Below, in pieces: positions 46,696 to 56,451 of a stretch of 64,000 nt of DNA. Below the pieces are notes generated by a model. The model made no database searches, was not told the DNA's origin, and worked only from the letters and a program-made list of their open reading frames with translations. The stretch is from a virus (lineage: Duplodnaviria; Heunggongvirae; Uroviricota; Caudoviricetes). Positions within the stretch are counted from its first letter, which is position 1, and each line of letters begins with the position of its first letter. Both the position numbers and the translations under genes were made by a program. The stretch is from the IMG/VR virus record IMGVR_UViG_3300021961_000056; one strand, given 5' to 3'.

Positions 46696-47841
46696 ATGAA
46701 GAATTATTTGGTGTTGGATTTTTCAGAAATGAAATTAAACAATTGGGCTGTACTTTTAGGGAGAAAAAATATAAAAGCTGTTCAAACTCCAGTTTTAGAT
46801 TTTTCTGTTTTCAAGTGCGATTGGAAAGATAAATGTTTGTGGTTCATCTATTCATCACAATGGAATAAAACATTAACAATGGAAGATGTATCAGGGATTT
46901 TTTATCACTTTCCAGAATTTGAGCCATTTGAAAAAATAGTAGGACTGCCTAATTCCTATAATGTTGAAGATGGTTCTTTGATAGAAAAGTTAGAACAACA
47001 ATTCTCAAACGTTACACTTTATATACAACTAGCTTTTGCGGGTGACCCTCAAACAATAATTTATCCCAATCAGAAAAAATTAAAAGTCGTTAGTTCTGGA
47101 CCTTTCAATGAAAGATATGTAACTGAAGATGGGGAAACAAAATTACGGTGTACACAAACGTATGAAAATATTTCAGATTATAAACTAGCTTTATGTTGGT
47201 TTTGGTTAGTAAATCATTTGTCATTAATCAATAGAACATTGCTTGAAGAAATGATTTCTTCTATCCAACCTGAAAATAAAGTTTTCATCTTGGGTAGAAG
47301 AATCACTGATGGTGCTGGATATTCCACTGCGGACAGCAGAAAATTTTATACTAGTGTTTTACAAAAAATTGTTTCAGAAGAAAAATATAAACTACACTCA
47401 TTACTTAATCCTCATATAGATTTTTCTGGATTTGCTAGAAATGGAACTTCTACAGCTTTATTATTAGATTACAATTCATGCTATTTCAATTTAATATTTG
47501 AAAGTTGGGCACCCCATGTAGATTTAACTGACACATTCACTGAAAAAACTGCAAGCTATTGTACATTTTCTGGTCCCTCTTTTTTAATAGCTAATCCACA
47601 TTTAATTTCTATGCTAGAATCTATAGGTATAAAGCCCCTAAATAGTTTTTTTACAGGAGATACACTTGAAGAACAATTAAGAAATTTCTGTGACTTCTAT
47701 CAATATTCAACAGAAGAAGAAATTAAGTTGTTCTATAACCAACAGGTAGAAGTACAGAAAAATAACAGAGAAATATTTTGGAACTATGCGGAAAACTCTA
47801 AAGATTCTATACTAGAATTAATATTTCAGGAGAATGAATAA
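46696..47841 (+). CDS. GT10 (fucosyltransferase)-like glycosyltransferase, paralog C
   Basis: IFESWAPHVDLTDTFTEKTASYC ~ FENS...TEK; AT-rich; ATG 46696 clears tRNA-Ile. Confidence 0.5.
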   Translation: MKNYLVLDFSEMKLNNWAVLLGRKNIKAVQTPVLDFSVFKCDWKDKCLWFIYSSQWNKTLTMEDVSGIFYHFPEFEPFEKIVGLPNSYNVEDGSLIEKLEQQFSNVTLYIQLAFAGDPQTIIYPNQKKLKVVSSGPFNERYVTEDGETKLRCTQTYENISDYKLALCWFWLVNHLSLINRTLLEEMISSIQPENKVFILGRRITDGAGYSTADSRKFYTSVLQKIVSEEKYKLHSLLNPHIDFSGFARNGTSTALLLDYNSCYFNLIFESWAPHVDLTDTFTEKTASYCTFSGPSFLIANPHLISMLESIGIKPLNSFFTGDTLEEQLRNFCDFYQYSTEEEIKLFYNQQVEVQKNNREIFWNYAENSKDSILELIFQENE

Positions 47842-48629
47842 TGTTAAACAAAGAACAAATATTACAGGACTGGAAGTATAAAGGTTATGCCATTATTGAC
47901 ATGCTATCTGAACAAGAAGCAGATGATGTGATTAACGAATTGAATCGTTTGCGTGTTGCCAGAAATGCCAGTGATAGCAAGTGGAGTGAATATGAACCTT
48001 ATATGCATCCACATAAAGAATCTCAGATGATTGAAAAGATTTTTGGACATCCGGCAGCTATTGAAGCCATGGAGTTGACTCTGAACACAGAGGTTCAGGG
48101 TGTACAAACCTGGGCCTACTTCAAGCCACCTGGTGAATTGGGACGAGATGCACACCAAGATGGTTTCTATTCTCAAGCGGGATGGAATAAGATTGCTAAT
48201 ATCTCTATCTCATTAGATGATTCAGATGAGTCTAACGGAGGCCTTTGGGTGTATGAAGGTTCACATTTCCTTCCATTGTTAGATTTAGAAATTGATGAGG
48301 ACCGTGTAAAAACCAATCCTGGTCAATGGCGAAATGAACGTGGCAAGGCATCAAAGATGCCAGAAGGACATAATTTTCCCAAGGTGTATGCCAAAATGAA
48401 AAAGGGACAAGCCATGTTGATTCACTCTCATGTGGTACATGGTTCTGATACCAACACAGGAAATACCTTCCGTCATTCCATCTTAAGCGGATATATGCAA
48501 AAAGGTGGATATCTTCGTCAAGGTGAACACATGAAAAGAGAACCTGTTGATGTTTATGCTTTATGTAATAAGCATTGGAGTGCTCGAATCAGTCATGATT
48601 TAGGCGGCTCCGTCATTCACGGGTTATAA
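47841..48629 (+). CDS. phytanoyl-CoA dioxygenase (PhyH)-family 2OG-Fe(II) oxygenase
   Basis: DAHQDG (HxD) and HSHVVHGS second His; PhyH-like length. Confidence 0.7.
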   Translation: MLNKEQILQDWKYKGYAIIDMLSEQEADDVINELNRLRVARNASDSKWSEYEPYMHPHKESQMIEKIFGHPAAIEAMELTLNTEVQGVQTWAYFKPPGELGRDAHQDGFYSQAGWNKIANISISLDDSDESNGGLWVYEGSHFLPLLDLEIDEDRVKTNPGQWRNERGKASKMPEGHNFPKVYAKMKKGQAMLIHSHVVHGSDTNTGNTFRHSILSGYMQKGGYLRQGEHMKREPVDVYALCNKHWSARISHDLGGSVIHGL

Positions 48630-48637
48630 AGTTGTGA

Positions 48638-48711
48638 GCTCTTGTGGCGTAATTGGATAGCGCAACTGATTTCTACTCAGTGGGTTGGGGGTTCGAGTCC
48701 CTCCAGGAGCG
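48638..48711 (+). tRNA. tRNA-Arg (UCU)
   Basis: acceptor GCTCTTG/CAGGAGC, loop TTTCTAC. Confidence 0.8.
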
Positions 48712-48713
48712 TT

Positions 48714-48804
48714 GGACAGATGGCCGAGAGGCTTAAGGCAGTGGTTTGCTAAACCGCCGTACGGGCTAAAACCTGTACCGAGGGTTCGAATCCCTCTCTG
48801 TCCG
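48714..48804 (+). tRNA. tRNA-Ser (GCU)
   Basis: acceptor GGACAGA/TCTGTCC, loop TTGCTAA, long variable arm. Confidence 0.8.
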
Positions 48805-48805
48805 T

Positions 48806-48879
48806 GTCCTTGTAGCTCAACTGGATAGAGCAAATCCGTCCTAAGGATTAGGTTGTGAGTTCAAGTCTCACCGAGGACT
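48806..48879 (+). tRNA. tRNA-Arg (CCU)
   Basis: acceptor GTCCTTG/CGAGGAC, loop GTCCTAA. Confidence 0.75.
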
Positions 48880-48883
48880 CCAT

Positions 48884-48957
48884 GGTGAATGTAGCTCAGC
48901 TGGCAGAGCAGCGGATTGTGGTTCCGCGGGTCGCGGGTTCGAGCCCCGTCATTCACC
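48884..48957 (+). tRNA. tRNA-His (GUG) with encoded G-1
   Basis: G-1:C73 pair; loop TTGTGGT. Confidence 0.85.
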
Positions 48958-48959
48958 CT

Positions 48960-49032
<73 letters not shown>

Positions 49033-49043
49033 CTGGAGGATAC

Positions 49044-49259
49044 ATGAAACTTTCTGAAGCTAAAGATAAAGAAAAATTAAAAGTATTGAACATTGAAAAT
49101 AATGAAATTGAAGATAAGTTACGCGCCATGGGAATTTATGAAGGGTGTGAAGTATGTCCTTTGATGCACGGCAATGGAAATATGCTTTTAGATGTACATG
49201 GATGTAGATATGCCATTGATGATGATTTAGCTGAGTGTATTGTTGTTAGGCGCTTGTAG
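49044..49259 (+). CDS. FeoA-like small protein
   Basis: 71 aa; LSEAKDKEKLKVLNIEN...LRAMGIYEGCEV...LLDVHGCRYAIDDDLAECIVV resembles FeoA/SH3-like fold; last 10 nt overlap tRNA-Arg(ACG). Confidence 0.5.
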   Translation: MKLSEAKDKEKLKVLNIENNEIEDKLRAMGIYEGCEVCPLMHGNGNMLLDVHGCRYAIDDDLAECIVVRRL

Positions 49260-49323
49260 CTCAACTGGATAGAGCACTTGACTACGGATCAAGAGGTTAT
49301 AGGTTCGAATCCTTTCAGGCGCG
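49250..49323 (+). tRNA. tRNA-Arg (ACG)
   Basis: acceptor GCGCTTG/CAGGCGC, loop CTACGGA. Confidence 0.8.
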
Positions 49324-49324
49324 T

Positions 49325-49507
49325 ATGAAGAAAACATCAGAACAAGAAATAGAAGAAGCACGATTATCTTTATTGCTCCTCCGAGTGGAATTGGAAGGGT
49401 ATATAAATGGTTATTGGAAACCAGAATACCATTGGACCATTGGATGGAATAAAAAGTTTACCGGAAATAAGATATTCATACTTGACAATGAAGAAGAAAG
49501 TGATTAG
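49325..49507 (+). CDS. hypothetical protein
   Basis: 60-aa ORF between tRNAs. Confidence 0.4.
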   Translation: MKKTSEQEIEEARLSLLLLRVELEGYINGYWKPEYHWTIGWNKKFTGNKIFILDNEEESD

Positions 49508-49519
49508 ATTATAATATAT

Positions 49520-49592
49520 ACGGGATGTAGCTCAATTGGCAGAGTACACGCTTTGGGAGCGTGGTGTTGCTGGTTCAAGTCCAGTCATCCCG
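49520..49592 (+). tRNA. tRNA-Pro (UGG)
   Basis: acceptor CGGGATG/CATCCCG perfect, loop TTTGGGA. Confidence 0.85.
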
Positions 49593-49598
49593 ACTTAA

Positions 49599-49769
49599 CA
49601 TGGAGGATGCATGGATAGAAATGAACGTGGTGATTTATCTGGTTGGGCTTTTCTGTTTATAGTAACAGTATTTTTAGCTCTAGCTATTTACAATAGTCCA
49701 AAAAATCAAGAAATGGGTTTACAAGGAGGAGACATTGAACGAGCCATCAGAGAACAGCAATATCGCTGA
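49599..49769 (+). CDS. small membrane protein
   Basis: 56 aa MEDAWIENERGDLSGWAFLFIVTVFLALAIY...; below ORF-track cutoff. Confidence 0.3.
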   Translation, partial: HGGCMDRNERGDLSGWAFLFIVTVFLALAIYNSPKNQEMGLQGGDIERAIREQQYR

Positions 49770-49850
49770 GGTGTACATCTACGAGTCACCTGACAAAGGA
49801 AAAACGGTGTATCGTAGAAAGTTTGGATCTTTGGAACGTGAACTTGTAAC

Positions 49851-49925
49851 GGGCGGGTGGCAGAGTGGCCCAATGCAAGAGTCTGCAAAACTCTAAAACC
49901 GCGGGTTCGAATCCCGCCTCGCCCT
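49851..49925 (+). tRNA. tRNA-Cys (GCA)
   Basis: acceptor GGGCGGG/CTCGCCC, loop CTGCAAA. Confidence 0.8.
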
Positions 49926-49932
49926 TGATGAG

Positions 49933-50412
49933 ATGAGACAGAAACTTGATTATGAAAAAGTCATGGAGTATATCCGCCAACAAAGTCCAGAGACCAAGGT
50001 GTATCTCGGCGCAGACTCAGAACGGTATATGAAGAATGGACGTTGGATGGCGGATTTTACATTGGCTGTGGTGATTCATTTGGATGGGTGCCATGGCTGT
50101 AAGATTTTCGGTGAGGTTCAAACAGAGCAGGACTTTGACCAACGGCAGGATCGTCCTGTAGTGCGCCTCATGAATGAAGTGTACAAGGTGTCAGAACTAT
50201 ACTTGAAGTTGGCAGAAGTATTGGTGGATCGTCATGTTGAAATTCACCTTGATATCAATCCTGATGAAGAACATGGAAGCAATGCTGTGGTTCAGCAAGC
50301 CATTGGTTACATCAAGGGTGTCTGTCAAATGACACCACAAATCAAGCCTAACGCTTTTGCTGCGTCAGTTGCTGCTGATAGGCTGAAAGAAGTGTTGGTT
50401 ACTTATGCGTAA
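49933..50412 (+). CDS. DUF458/YkuK-like RNase-H-fold protein
   Basis: N-terminal YEKVMEYIRQQSPETKVYLGADSE resembles DUF458 ...YELAIGTDSQ block; located right after last tRNA. Confidence 0.5.
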   Translation: MRQKLDYEKVMEYIRQQSPETKVYLGADSERYMKNGRWMADFTLAVVIHLDGCHGCKIFGEVQTEQDFDQRQDRPVVRLMNEVYKVSELYLKLAEVLVDRHVEIHLDINPDEEHGSNAVVQQAIGYIKGVCQMTPQIKPNAFAASVAADRLKEVLVTYA

Positions 50413-51259
50413 ATATTTTTTTCTACTGATGGCATTAGGGTGTTCTTCACCTGAATCTGTGAGTGGACCTCAATATCTACCATTAAGAACCGATTCAGTT
50501 GTAACACCTGCTCCAGTTGTTCCAAAAAATAATCCTGTCGCCGCAGTTCGAGATACTTCTTGGGCTGAAAAAGGACCCGTTGGATTTTTCTTTAATTTAG
50601 ATACTGGTTGGGGATTGGCAATAGAAGATACTACAGCTTTCAGATACGGATGGAAATCACAAAAATTCATTGTAAATTCCGGAGAATGTTTTGGTGGAGA
50701 TTGTTACCGGCAACCTGTATACGAAAGAAAAGAATATGGAGAAAGTGATGAAGGACTAGCCAAAGAAGGTGATGAATATTGGTATTCCTGGTCGTTTTAT
50801 GTACCATATGAGTCATCGAATCCATGGGTTTATTTTGGACAATTCATACAACCTCCTTCCGATCCAAACGGCATTCATGAAATGATTTGGGGGTTTTTAA
50901 AGAGGAATGGATATCCTTTTTGCATGAAATTCAATACATCCACACATAATCCTAGTACACATGATTGTGGCGGAGGAGGCATCATTCTTCTATCTGATGC
51001 AGAGTTTGAGGGAAGATGGCATGATATTGTGATACATTCTTTATGGTCTGAAACACAAGGCTTCACAGAAGTATGGGTGAATGATGTTTGGAAGGGAAAA
51101 TATGTTGGTCGCAACATAAATCCTGGCAGAAAAGGTGTAATAATGAAGTATGGAATTTATCGTACCGCCACGTTTGAGCCAACAATTGCCTACTTTGATG
51201 AGATGCGAAAAGGGAAAACCCGTAAGGAAGTTGATATTCGTTTACTGACAGCACCATAG
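50405..51259 (+). CDS. lipoprotein; possible polysaccharide lyase (alginate-lyase-2/PL7-like) fold
   Basis: Lipobox LLMALGCSS; QFIQPP...WHDIVIH...MKYGIYR loosely resembles PL7-type QIH/YFKAGxY blocks (weak). Confidence 0.5.
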   Translation: MRKYFFLLMALGCSSPESVSGPQYLPLRTDSVVTPAPVVPKNNPVAAVRDTSWAEKGPVGFFFNLDTGWGLAIEDTTAFRYGWKSQKFIVNSGECFGGDCYRQPVYERKEYGESDEGLAKEGDEYWYSWSFYVPYESSNPWVYFGQFIQPPSDPNGIHEMIWGFLKRNGYPFCMKFNTSTHNPSTHDCGGGGIILLSDAEFEGRWHDIVIHSLWSETQGFTEVWVNDVWKGKYVGRNINPGRKGVIMKYGIYRTATFEPTIAYFDEMRKGKTRKEVDIRLLTAP

Positions 51260-51262
51260 ATA

Positions 51263-51270
51263 TATAAATA
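51263..51270 (+). promoter_or_regulatory. T4-late-promoter-like TATAAATA box
   Basis: Exact TATAAATA upstream of secreted-protein genes. Confidence 0.3.
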
Positions 51271-51287
51271 ACCGTAGACAATCGAAG

Positions 51288-51328
51288 ACCCGTGATTTTT
51301 ACATTATGACGTAGAAATCACGGGTTTT
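51288..51328 (+). terminator. intrinsic terminator: 11-bp stem ACCCGTGATTT/AAATCACGGGT + TTT
   Basis: Perfect inverted repeat 51288-51298/51315-51325 followed by T-run. Confidence 0.6.
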
Positions 51329-51347
51329 CCCTATTCCAGAGACTAAA

Positions 51348-51830
51348 ATGCTAACTACAGTTATTGGTTTTGTCATGATGAGCATGATGAACATCATGCC
51401 TTTGAACGCAGAAAAACAAATCAGCGTAGAAAAAGTAGAAAATAAAGTCATGATTGGTCCCGTAGCTGGGAACAGAAACCTTGAATTTGGTGTGAAAAAT
51501 ATTCTTGAAGAAGCTTTATTGGAACAAGAATATGAACTATCACCTGAAGCACCATTGAAGTTGAAGGTGGACATCATCTTTCTAGATGTCCTCACCACGA
51601 AAAAGAATGTGTCTATTATTCAGAAGCGAGATGAAGCTGTTGTTATCCGCATGAGAGGTGTCTTGACACTCAATGGCAAGAAAGTGAAAGAAGCCATTGT
51701 AGAAGAAAGTTCCAGTGAAGTTTCCATGTCAACATTAATCATTGATAATGGCGGTAAGTTCAATCAAACGAGCTTAAGCAATGCCTTGAAGAAATCAAGC
51801 ATTGCTCTCATCACTAAACTCACGGAGTAA
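51348..51830 (+). CDS. secreted hypothetical protein
   Basis: N-terminal signal-like hydrophobic segment. Confidence 0.5.
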   Translation: MLTTVIGFVMMSMMNIMPLNAEKQISVEKVENKVMIGPVAGNRNLEFGVKNILEEALLEQEYELSPEAPLKLKVDIIFLDVLTTKKNVSIIQKRDEAVVIRMRGVLTLNGKKVKEAIVEESSSEVSMSTLIIDNGGKFNQTSLSNALKKSSIALITKLTE

Positions 51831-51831
51831 T

Positions 51832-53868
51832 ATGCGCAAAATTTTAGCACTCCTGTTAGTGCCTTTTGCACTACAGGCTCAACCCGCCTTATGGTGGGGA
51901 ACTAACACCATCACCACCAATATGAATGGTGGTAACATTGTCAAGAATGATACAATTGTCATGGAAGTGAAGTTGAATCCCAACTTCTCAACTATCCGTT
52001 CCGTGTACTTTGATTTCCAACATCAAAAAGATGCCATTCAATTATTAGATGTGCAACGTGGGGTGGGTATTCCTGCTAATGCCAATTTCAGCTACACCAA
52101 CAATTATTATCCTAATTGTAAGTTTAACAGAAACGGTAACAACACCACAACAAATGGGTGGAACAATTATGTAAATGCCAATTACACTTGTAATGCATCA
52201 ACTGTTCCTTATCACGCCATCAATCGTATCATGGTGAACGTGTCTAGTGCAACTAACATGGAACACGCCACTTACATCAAGTTACGATTCAAAATCACCA
52301 ATACTGACGCAGGGTTCCCATACGATTCCGTATACATGAACTTTGCGTTTGGTTATGATGTCAATGGTGGTACAATGACCAACACAGAAAACGTTGGAAC
52401 CAAGGGTGTCTGGATTCAACTTGCACCAACCGCTAACAATCTTGTGGTGGGTGAAGTGAAGCATAGTGCCAACACCTCGGCAGCATTAAAGGCAACTATG
52501 CGTTTGTCAGTGACCGATACATCAACCCCACCTGTTGAAGCAACAAACGCCTTGGTTGGAGGTAATGGTGCCTTCAGTTTCGCACAACAACTTGCAACTA
52601 ACACCCCATATCGGTTCCGATTAGCCATCCCAGGTGATAGCATGGCACCATTAAGTTTGGCTGCTACAACTATTTCTGATTACACCATGGCGGTTCAAGA
52701 ATTCATCACTCAAAATCTTGACAAGACTTACAAGAACAACAACATCAACAAAGGCATGAAGTATTGGGCCGCTGATGTGAATAACGATGGTAACTTTGAA
52801 GGTGGGGACTTACAAGTATTGTTTAATGCTGTAACAGGTCTTGATACTATTATGGTGGCACCAGCACAATGTGGAGCAGGATGTTTCTATTCACTCCCTG
52901 TGTTTATGGGACATGAATATGACAATATGCCACTCACCAACTGGAATGGTGTCATCAATGGTAAGACCGGTATCATCACACCAGGTCAAACGGAATGGAT
53001 TGTATTGAATCCTAATTCTTACGCCACCAATCAAAGTAGATTGTTGATTGATATGAGACAATTCCCAAATGGTGTTGCACCTGATGCCGTCAAGGCAGTC
53101 ACCATTCTTGATGTGTATAGCGGACCAGTCACTTTCATGTCAAATGATGGTGCATGGGCCATGTACAAAGTACCTTCCAACTTTGTGAAAGCAACCAACG
53201 GATCATCAGCATATAATGCAAGTATCAGAAATGTTAATAACTGGAATACTGATTGGGCAATTGCATCCACCGTTAGTTTCACTGATAAAAACTTTGGGTC
53301 AGTATTTGCACGTACCACAACAAGTGAACAAGCATTAGATATTCGTTACGCCTTGAAGGGTGATGTTAACTTGTCTCACTCATCATTGGTTACTGAACAA
53401 CAAGGTGCAAGTATTATGATGGGTAATTTGGTGGTTCCAGGTGCAGGCAGCATTGATGTAAACCTAAACAATGTTGTTGTGACCGGCAACTCCATTGCCA
53501 TCCCATTCAATGTGGATACCAAGACATTGAAACTTTCAGGATTACAATTTGAAGTAAAATATGATGCTACAAAAGTGAAGTTTGAAAAGATGGATATCAA
53601 TACACCTAGCTGGGTTTCATTTGTACACCCAATGGGTAATGTGTTACGATTTGGTGCTTTAGACCGTGATTTGAAAAATACACTCACAGGTAGTAACTTG
53701 ACACCTTTCAAGTTGCATTTCACAGCACTTCAACCAGGTGTTGATTTAAACACATCAGTTGAAATTGTGCCTGTCATGGATGCGGCTGATGATAAAGGTA
53801 ATCAAGTTGGAATCAATCTTAACACCACTGTCATCAAGTTAATTGGTGCAAACTTCTTCAAGGGATAA
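51832..53868 (+). CDS. large secreted protein with dockerin-like Ca-binding motif
   Basis: Signal peptide MRKILALLLVPFALQAQ; DVNNDGNFEGGDLQVLFNAVTG dockerin/EF-hand-like; 678 aa. Confidence 0.55.
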   Translation: MRKILALLLVPFALQAQPALWWGTNTITTNMNGGNIVKNDTIVMEVKLNPNFSTIRSVYFDFQHQKDAIQLLDVQRGVGIPANANFSYTNNYYPNCKFNRNGNNTTTNGWNNYVNANYTCNASTVPYHAINRIMVNVSSATNMEHATYIKLRFKITNTDAGFPYDSVYMNFAFGYDVNGGTMTNTENVGTKGVWIQLAPTANNLVVGEVKHSANTSAALKATMRLSVTDTSTPPVEATNALVGGNGAFSFAQQLATNTPYRFRLAIPGDSMAPLSLAATTISDYTMAVQEFITQNLDKTYKNNNINKGMKYWAADVNNDGNFEGGDLQVLFNAVTGLDTIMVAPAQCGAGCFYSLPVFMGHEYDNMPLTNWNGVINGKTGIITPGQTEWIVLNPNSYATNQSRLLIDMRQFPNGVAPDAVKAVTILDVYSGPVTFMSNDGAWAMYKVPSNFVKATNGSSAYNASIRNVNNWNTDWAIASTVSFTDKNFGSVFARTTTSEQALDIRYALKGDVNLSHSSLVTEQQGASIMMGNLVVPGAGSIDVNLNNVVVTGNSIAIPFNVDTKTLKLSGLQFEVKYDATKVKFEKMDINTPSWVSFVHPMGNVLRFGALDRDLKNTLTGSNLTPFKLHFTALQPGVDLNTSVEIVPVMDAADDKGNQVGINLNTTVIKLIGANFFKG

Positions 53869-54246
53869 ATGAAAAAACTACTTTCTTACACAACTATTAT
53901 AATATTGTGTGTGGGATGTTTCGATAACGATTTTGTGACAAAACCTGTTTTCATTGATGATACCTACATGGGGCGTGAATCAACATCAACAAAAATTGTA
54001 TCACTTTCTTCTAAAACCACAACAGGAAAAGTTGATGCAGAATTGAATGTAACACCAGGAGCCATGTACAGTTTACAACTGGTGAACATCAAGGGTGAGA
54101 TGGTGAAAAATCATGGCTTTACCGCAACAGAAGTACGAGTAGTGAAGTCATTGGATTATCGTGATGTGCCCAATGGTAGCTACGATTTAACACTCATGGA
54201 CACCCAAGGTAACAGTACCAAGGTGCCCCTTATCATTCAACGTTAG
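53869..54246 (+). CDS. small lipoprotein
   Basis: Lipobox IILCVGC. Confidence 0.45.
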   Translation: MKKLLSYTTIIILCVGCFDNDFVTKPVFIDDTYMGRESTSTKIVSLSSKTTTGKVDAELNVTPGAMYSLQLVNIKGEMVKNHGFTATEVRVVKSLDYRDVPNGSYDLTLMDTQGNSTKVPLIIQR

Positions 54247-54255
54247 GAGGTAGGT

Positions 54256-54522
54256 ATGTCAGACGAAGCACAAGGTGGCGGTGGATTGAAGAACGCCATC
54301 ATCGGTTTAATCACAATTATCGTAACAGCTCTTGCAGGTGTTATTGGTAAGCAAATGATGGGCGGAGATGAAGCAGCAGCTCCACCACCAGCAGCAGCAC
54401 CTGTTATCAACTTGAATCTTGAAAACAACAATTCAGTTCAAGGTGGCTCAGGCGGCGCAGCTGCGCCAGCAAAGCCAGCACCAAAGAAGGATGACCACCT
54501 GAAGAAAGAACCAATGTGGTAA
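54256..54522 (+). CDS. small membrane protein with Ala/Pro-rich tail
   Basis: One TM. Confidence 0.4.
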   Translation: MSDEAQGGGGLKNAIIGLITIIVTALAGVIGKQMMGGDEAAAPPPAAAPVINLNLENNNSVQGGSGGAAAPAKPAPKKDDHLKKEPMW

Positions 54523-54528
54523 TAATCA

Positions 54529-54849
54529 ATGACAAACGAAACCACAAACCCTACCGATAGCAAGTTCCAAGAATTATTAAACAGAACCATGACACGCCGT
54601 TGGAATATCACGGCAATTGTTCTTATCACATTTATGATGATTGTTGCTGGTATCACCATGGCAGTATACAATCAAACAGCCATTGATGGAGAATGGAAGG
54701 AACTTCTCCTTCTTATGTTAGGTGCCTTTATTGGTAGTTACGGTAAGATTATTGATTATTGGTTCTCAGACACCGACAAGGACAAGATGTTGGTACAAAA
54801 GATGGATGAAGAAGATGGTCAATCATTCTCAAACACATTAGGTGGATAA
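54529..54849 (+). CDS. small membrane protein
   Basis: Two TM. Confidence 0.4.
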   Translation: MTNETTNPTDSKFQELLNRTMTRRWNITAIVLITFMMIVAGITMAVYNQTAIDGEWKELLLLMLGAFIGSYGKIIDYWFSDTDKDKMLVQKMDEEDGQSFSNTLGG

Positions 54850-55114
54850 CATGAAAGCATTCACACAAATTTTCAAAGATAACAATGAATATAATGAAAA
54901 GACAGTCATTGGCTTCATGTCATTTGCTGTCATGACTTTATATTCTTTAGTTGACCTTATTACAGGTATTTACGGTCGTCCATTGGAAATTCATGAATTT
55001 GTTTATAACTCATTCATGATTATCACATTGGGTTCATTCGGTATTGCAGGATTGGAAAAGTTCTCACCTACTGCTGTAAAGCAAGCAGAGAAGTCAGGTG
55101 AAGAAGATGCGTAA
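54842..55114 (+). CDS. small membrane protein
   Basis: Two TM. Confidence 0.4.
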   Translation: MDNMKAFTQIFKDNNEYNEKTVIGFMSFAVMTLYSLVDLITGIYGRPLEIHEFVYNSFMIITLGSFGIAGLEKFSPTAVKQAEKSGEEDA

Positions 55115-55817
55115 TCTTATCATTGCTCTCCTACTACCTGCTGCGCTCTCAGCCCAGGTAGTAGGCACCACCAAGACGGAAGAATATCGTGCATCATTTG
55201 AACAAAAGACTGACATTTCAGCTCTTATGGATTATGATGGTCCAAAGATTCCTATTCAATTGTTAAGTTTAGGTATCAGTGAAGAAGTATACGCCATGTA
55301 TCCCGAATTGAAGGATAAGCGTGTAGGCCTTGGTGTCACGAACATCGTAGTGGAATTTTTGGAAGAAACAAATCGTTTCACCTTCACAGAAGATAAAACA
55401 GAAATCAAGAATAGAATGGTGAAGCAGTTCCAAGCATCACAATCAGGCATCACAGAAAACAAGTTGGATGGTCGTGGCAAGATTAAATTGGCACGCTATT
55501 TTGCTTACATTGAAGTGTATGACTTCTCAGTTTCAGAAGATGAAACCGTGAACTTGAAAGATGGTGTAAAGAACAAAGTTGTGACTCGCTTAGGTCTTCA
55601 AGTGAAGTTTGTGGATGCTGAAACAGGTGAATATTTCACAGGTTCAGGATTGGGTACAGCCACAACAGTCCGTGAACTCACTTTAATGAATGATGACAAC
55701 TTTGCTGAAGTGAAATTCAATCAAAGCACCATTGGTACATCAACCAAGAAGGCATTGGAAGATGCATCAGCTAAAATCATCACCAGAATGATTCGTAAGA
55801 AATTGTTCCCAAACTAA
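55107..55817 (+). CDS. secreted hypothetical protein
   Basis: Signal peptide MRNLIIALLLPAALSAQ (ORF track start 55098 is GTG). Confidence 0.5.
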   Translation: MRNLIIALLLPAALSAQVVGTTKTEEYRASFEQKTDISALMDYDGPKIPIQLLSLGISEEVYAMYPELKDKRVGLGVTNIVVEFLEETNRFTFTEDKTEIKNRMVKQFQASQSGITENKLDGRGKIKLARYFAYIEVYDFSVSEDETVNLKDGVKNKVVTRLGLQVKFVDAETGEYFTGSGLGTATTVRELTLMNDDNFAEVKFNQSTIGTSTKKALEDASAKIITRMIRKKLFPN

Positions 55818-55824
55818 TACGACA

Positions 55825-56451
55825 ATGAAAAAATTATTATTACTTCTCCTAGTTGCCACATCCCTTCAAGCACAAGAAACAGATGAAGTGATGTTGGAAC
55901 ATAAGAATTACAAGTCAGTATTTTCCAAGCAACATCGCTATCCTGTCATGGTGGAATGGTGGGTGACACGCGCCAAGTTGGAATGCAAAGATGCTGCTGT
56001 TAGAAAAGATAGATTTCTTCCTGACCCAAAGTTGAAGAAAGAAACGGACATTGATGCTGATTATGTGAAGTCAGGATTTGACCGTGGTCATCTTTCACCT
56101 GCTGCTGATAGCAAGTGTGTCCCAGGCGCCATGGAAGAAAGTTTCTATTTCAGCAACATGGCACCACAATATCCAGGATTGAATCGTGGACAATGGAAAA
56201 ACTTGGAAGAATGGACACGCCATCTTGCCAAGGAACATGATAGTGTATTGGTACGTGCAGGATGTGTAGGTGTTGCTTCTCGTATGAAGCGTGTGGCAGT
56301 TCCCACACATTGCTGGAAGTCAATTCATGTAAGAAAACAAGGCACCACAACTTATTATGTGTTTCCAAATGTCCCAGAACGTAGCAAGTCATTTGAAATG
56401 CATGAAGTGAAGTTGGATAGCATTCGTAGAATATACAAAAACCACCCATGA
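55825..56451 (+). CDS. secreted DNA/RNA non-specific endonuclease (Serratia nuclease/EndoG family)
   Basis: Signal peptide MKKLLLLLLVATSLQAQ; catalytic DRGHLSP + NMAPQ...NRGQWKNLE. Confidence 0.8.
   Translation: MKKLLLLLLVATSLQAQETDEVMLEHKNYKSVFSKQHRYPVMVEWWVTRAKLECKDAAVRKDRFLPDPKLKKETDIDADYVKSGFDRGHLSPAADSKCVPGAMEESFYFSNMAPQYPGLNRGQWKNLEEWTRHLAKEHDSVLVRAGCVGVASRMKRVAVPTHCWKSIHVRKQGTTTYYVFPNVPERSKSFEMHEVKLDSIRRIYKNHP

Noticed and set aside
49610-49769. A 52-aa ORF starting at ATG 49610
   Set aside because: Re-reading the sequence shows an in-frame TGA after four codons (ATG GAT AGA AAA TGA). The open frame is the one starting at ATG 49599, reported with low confidence.
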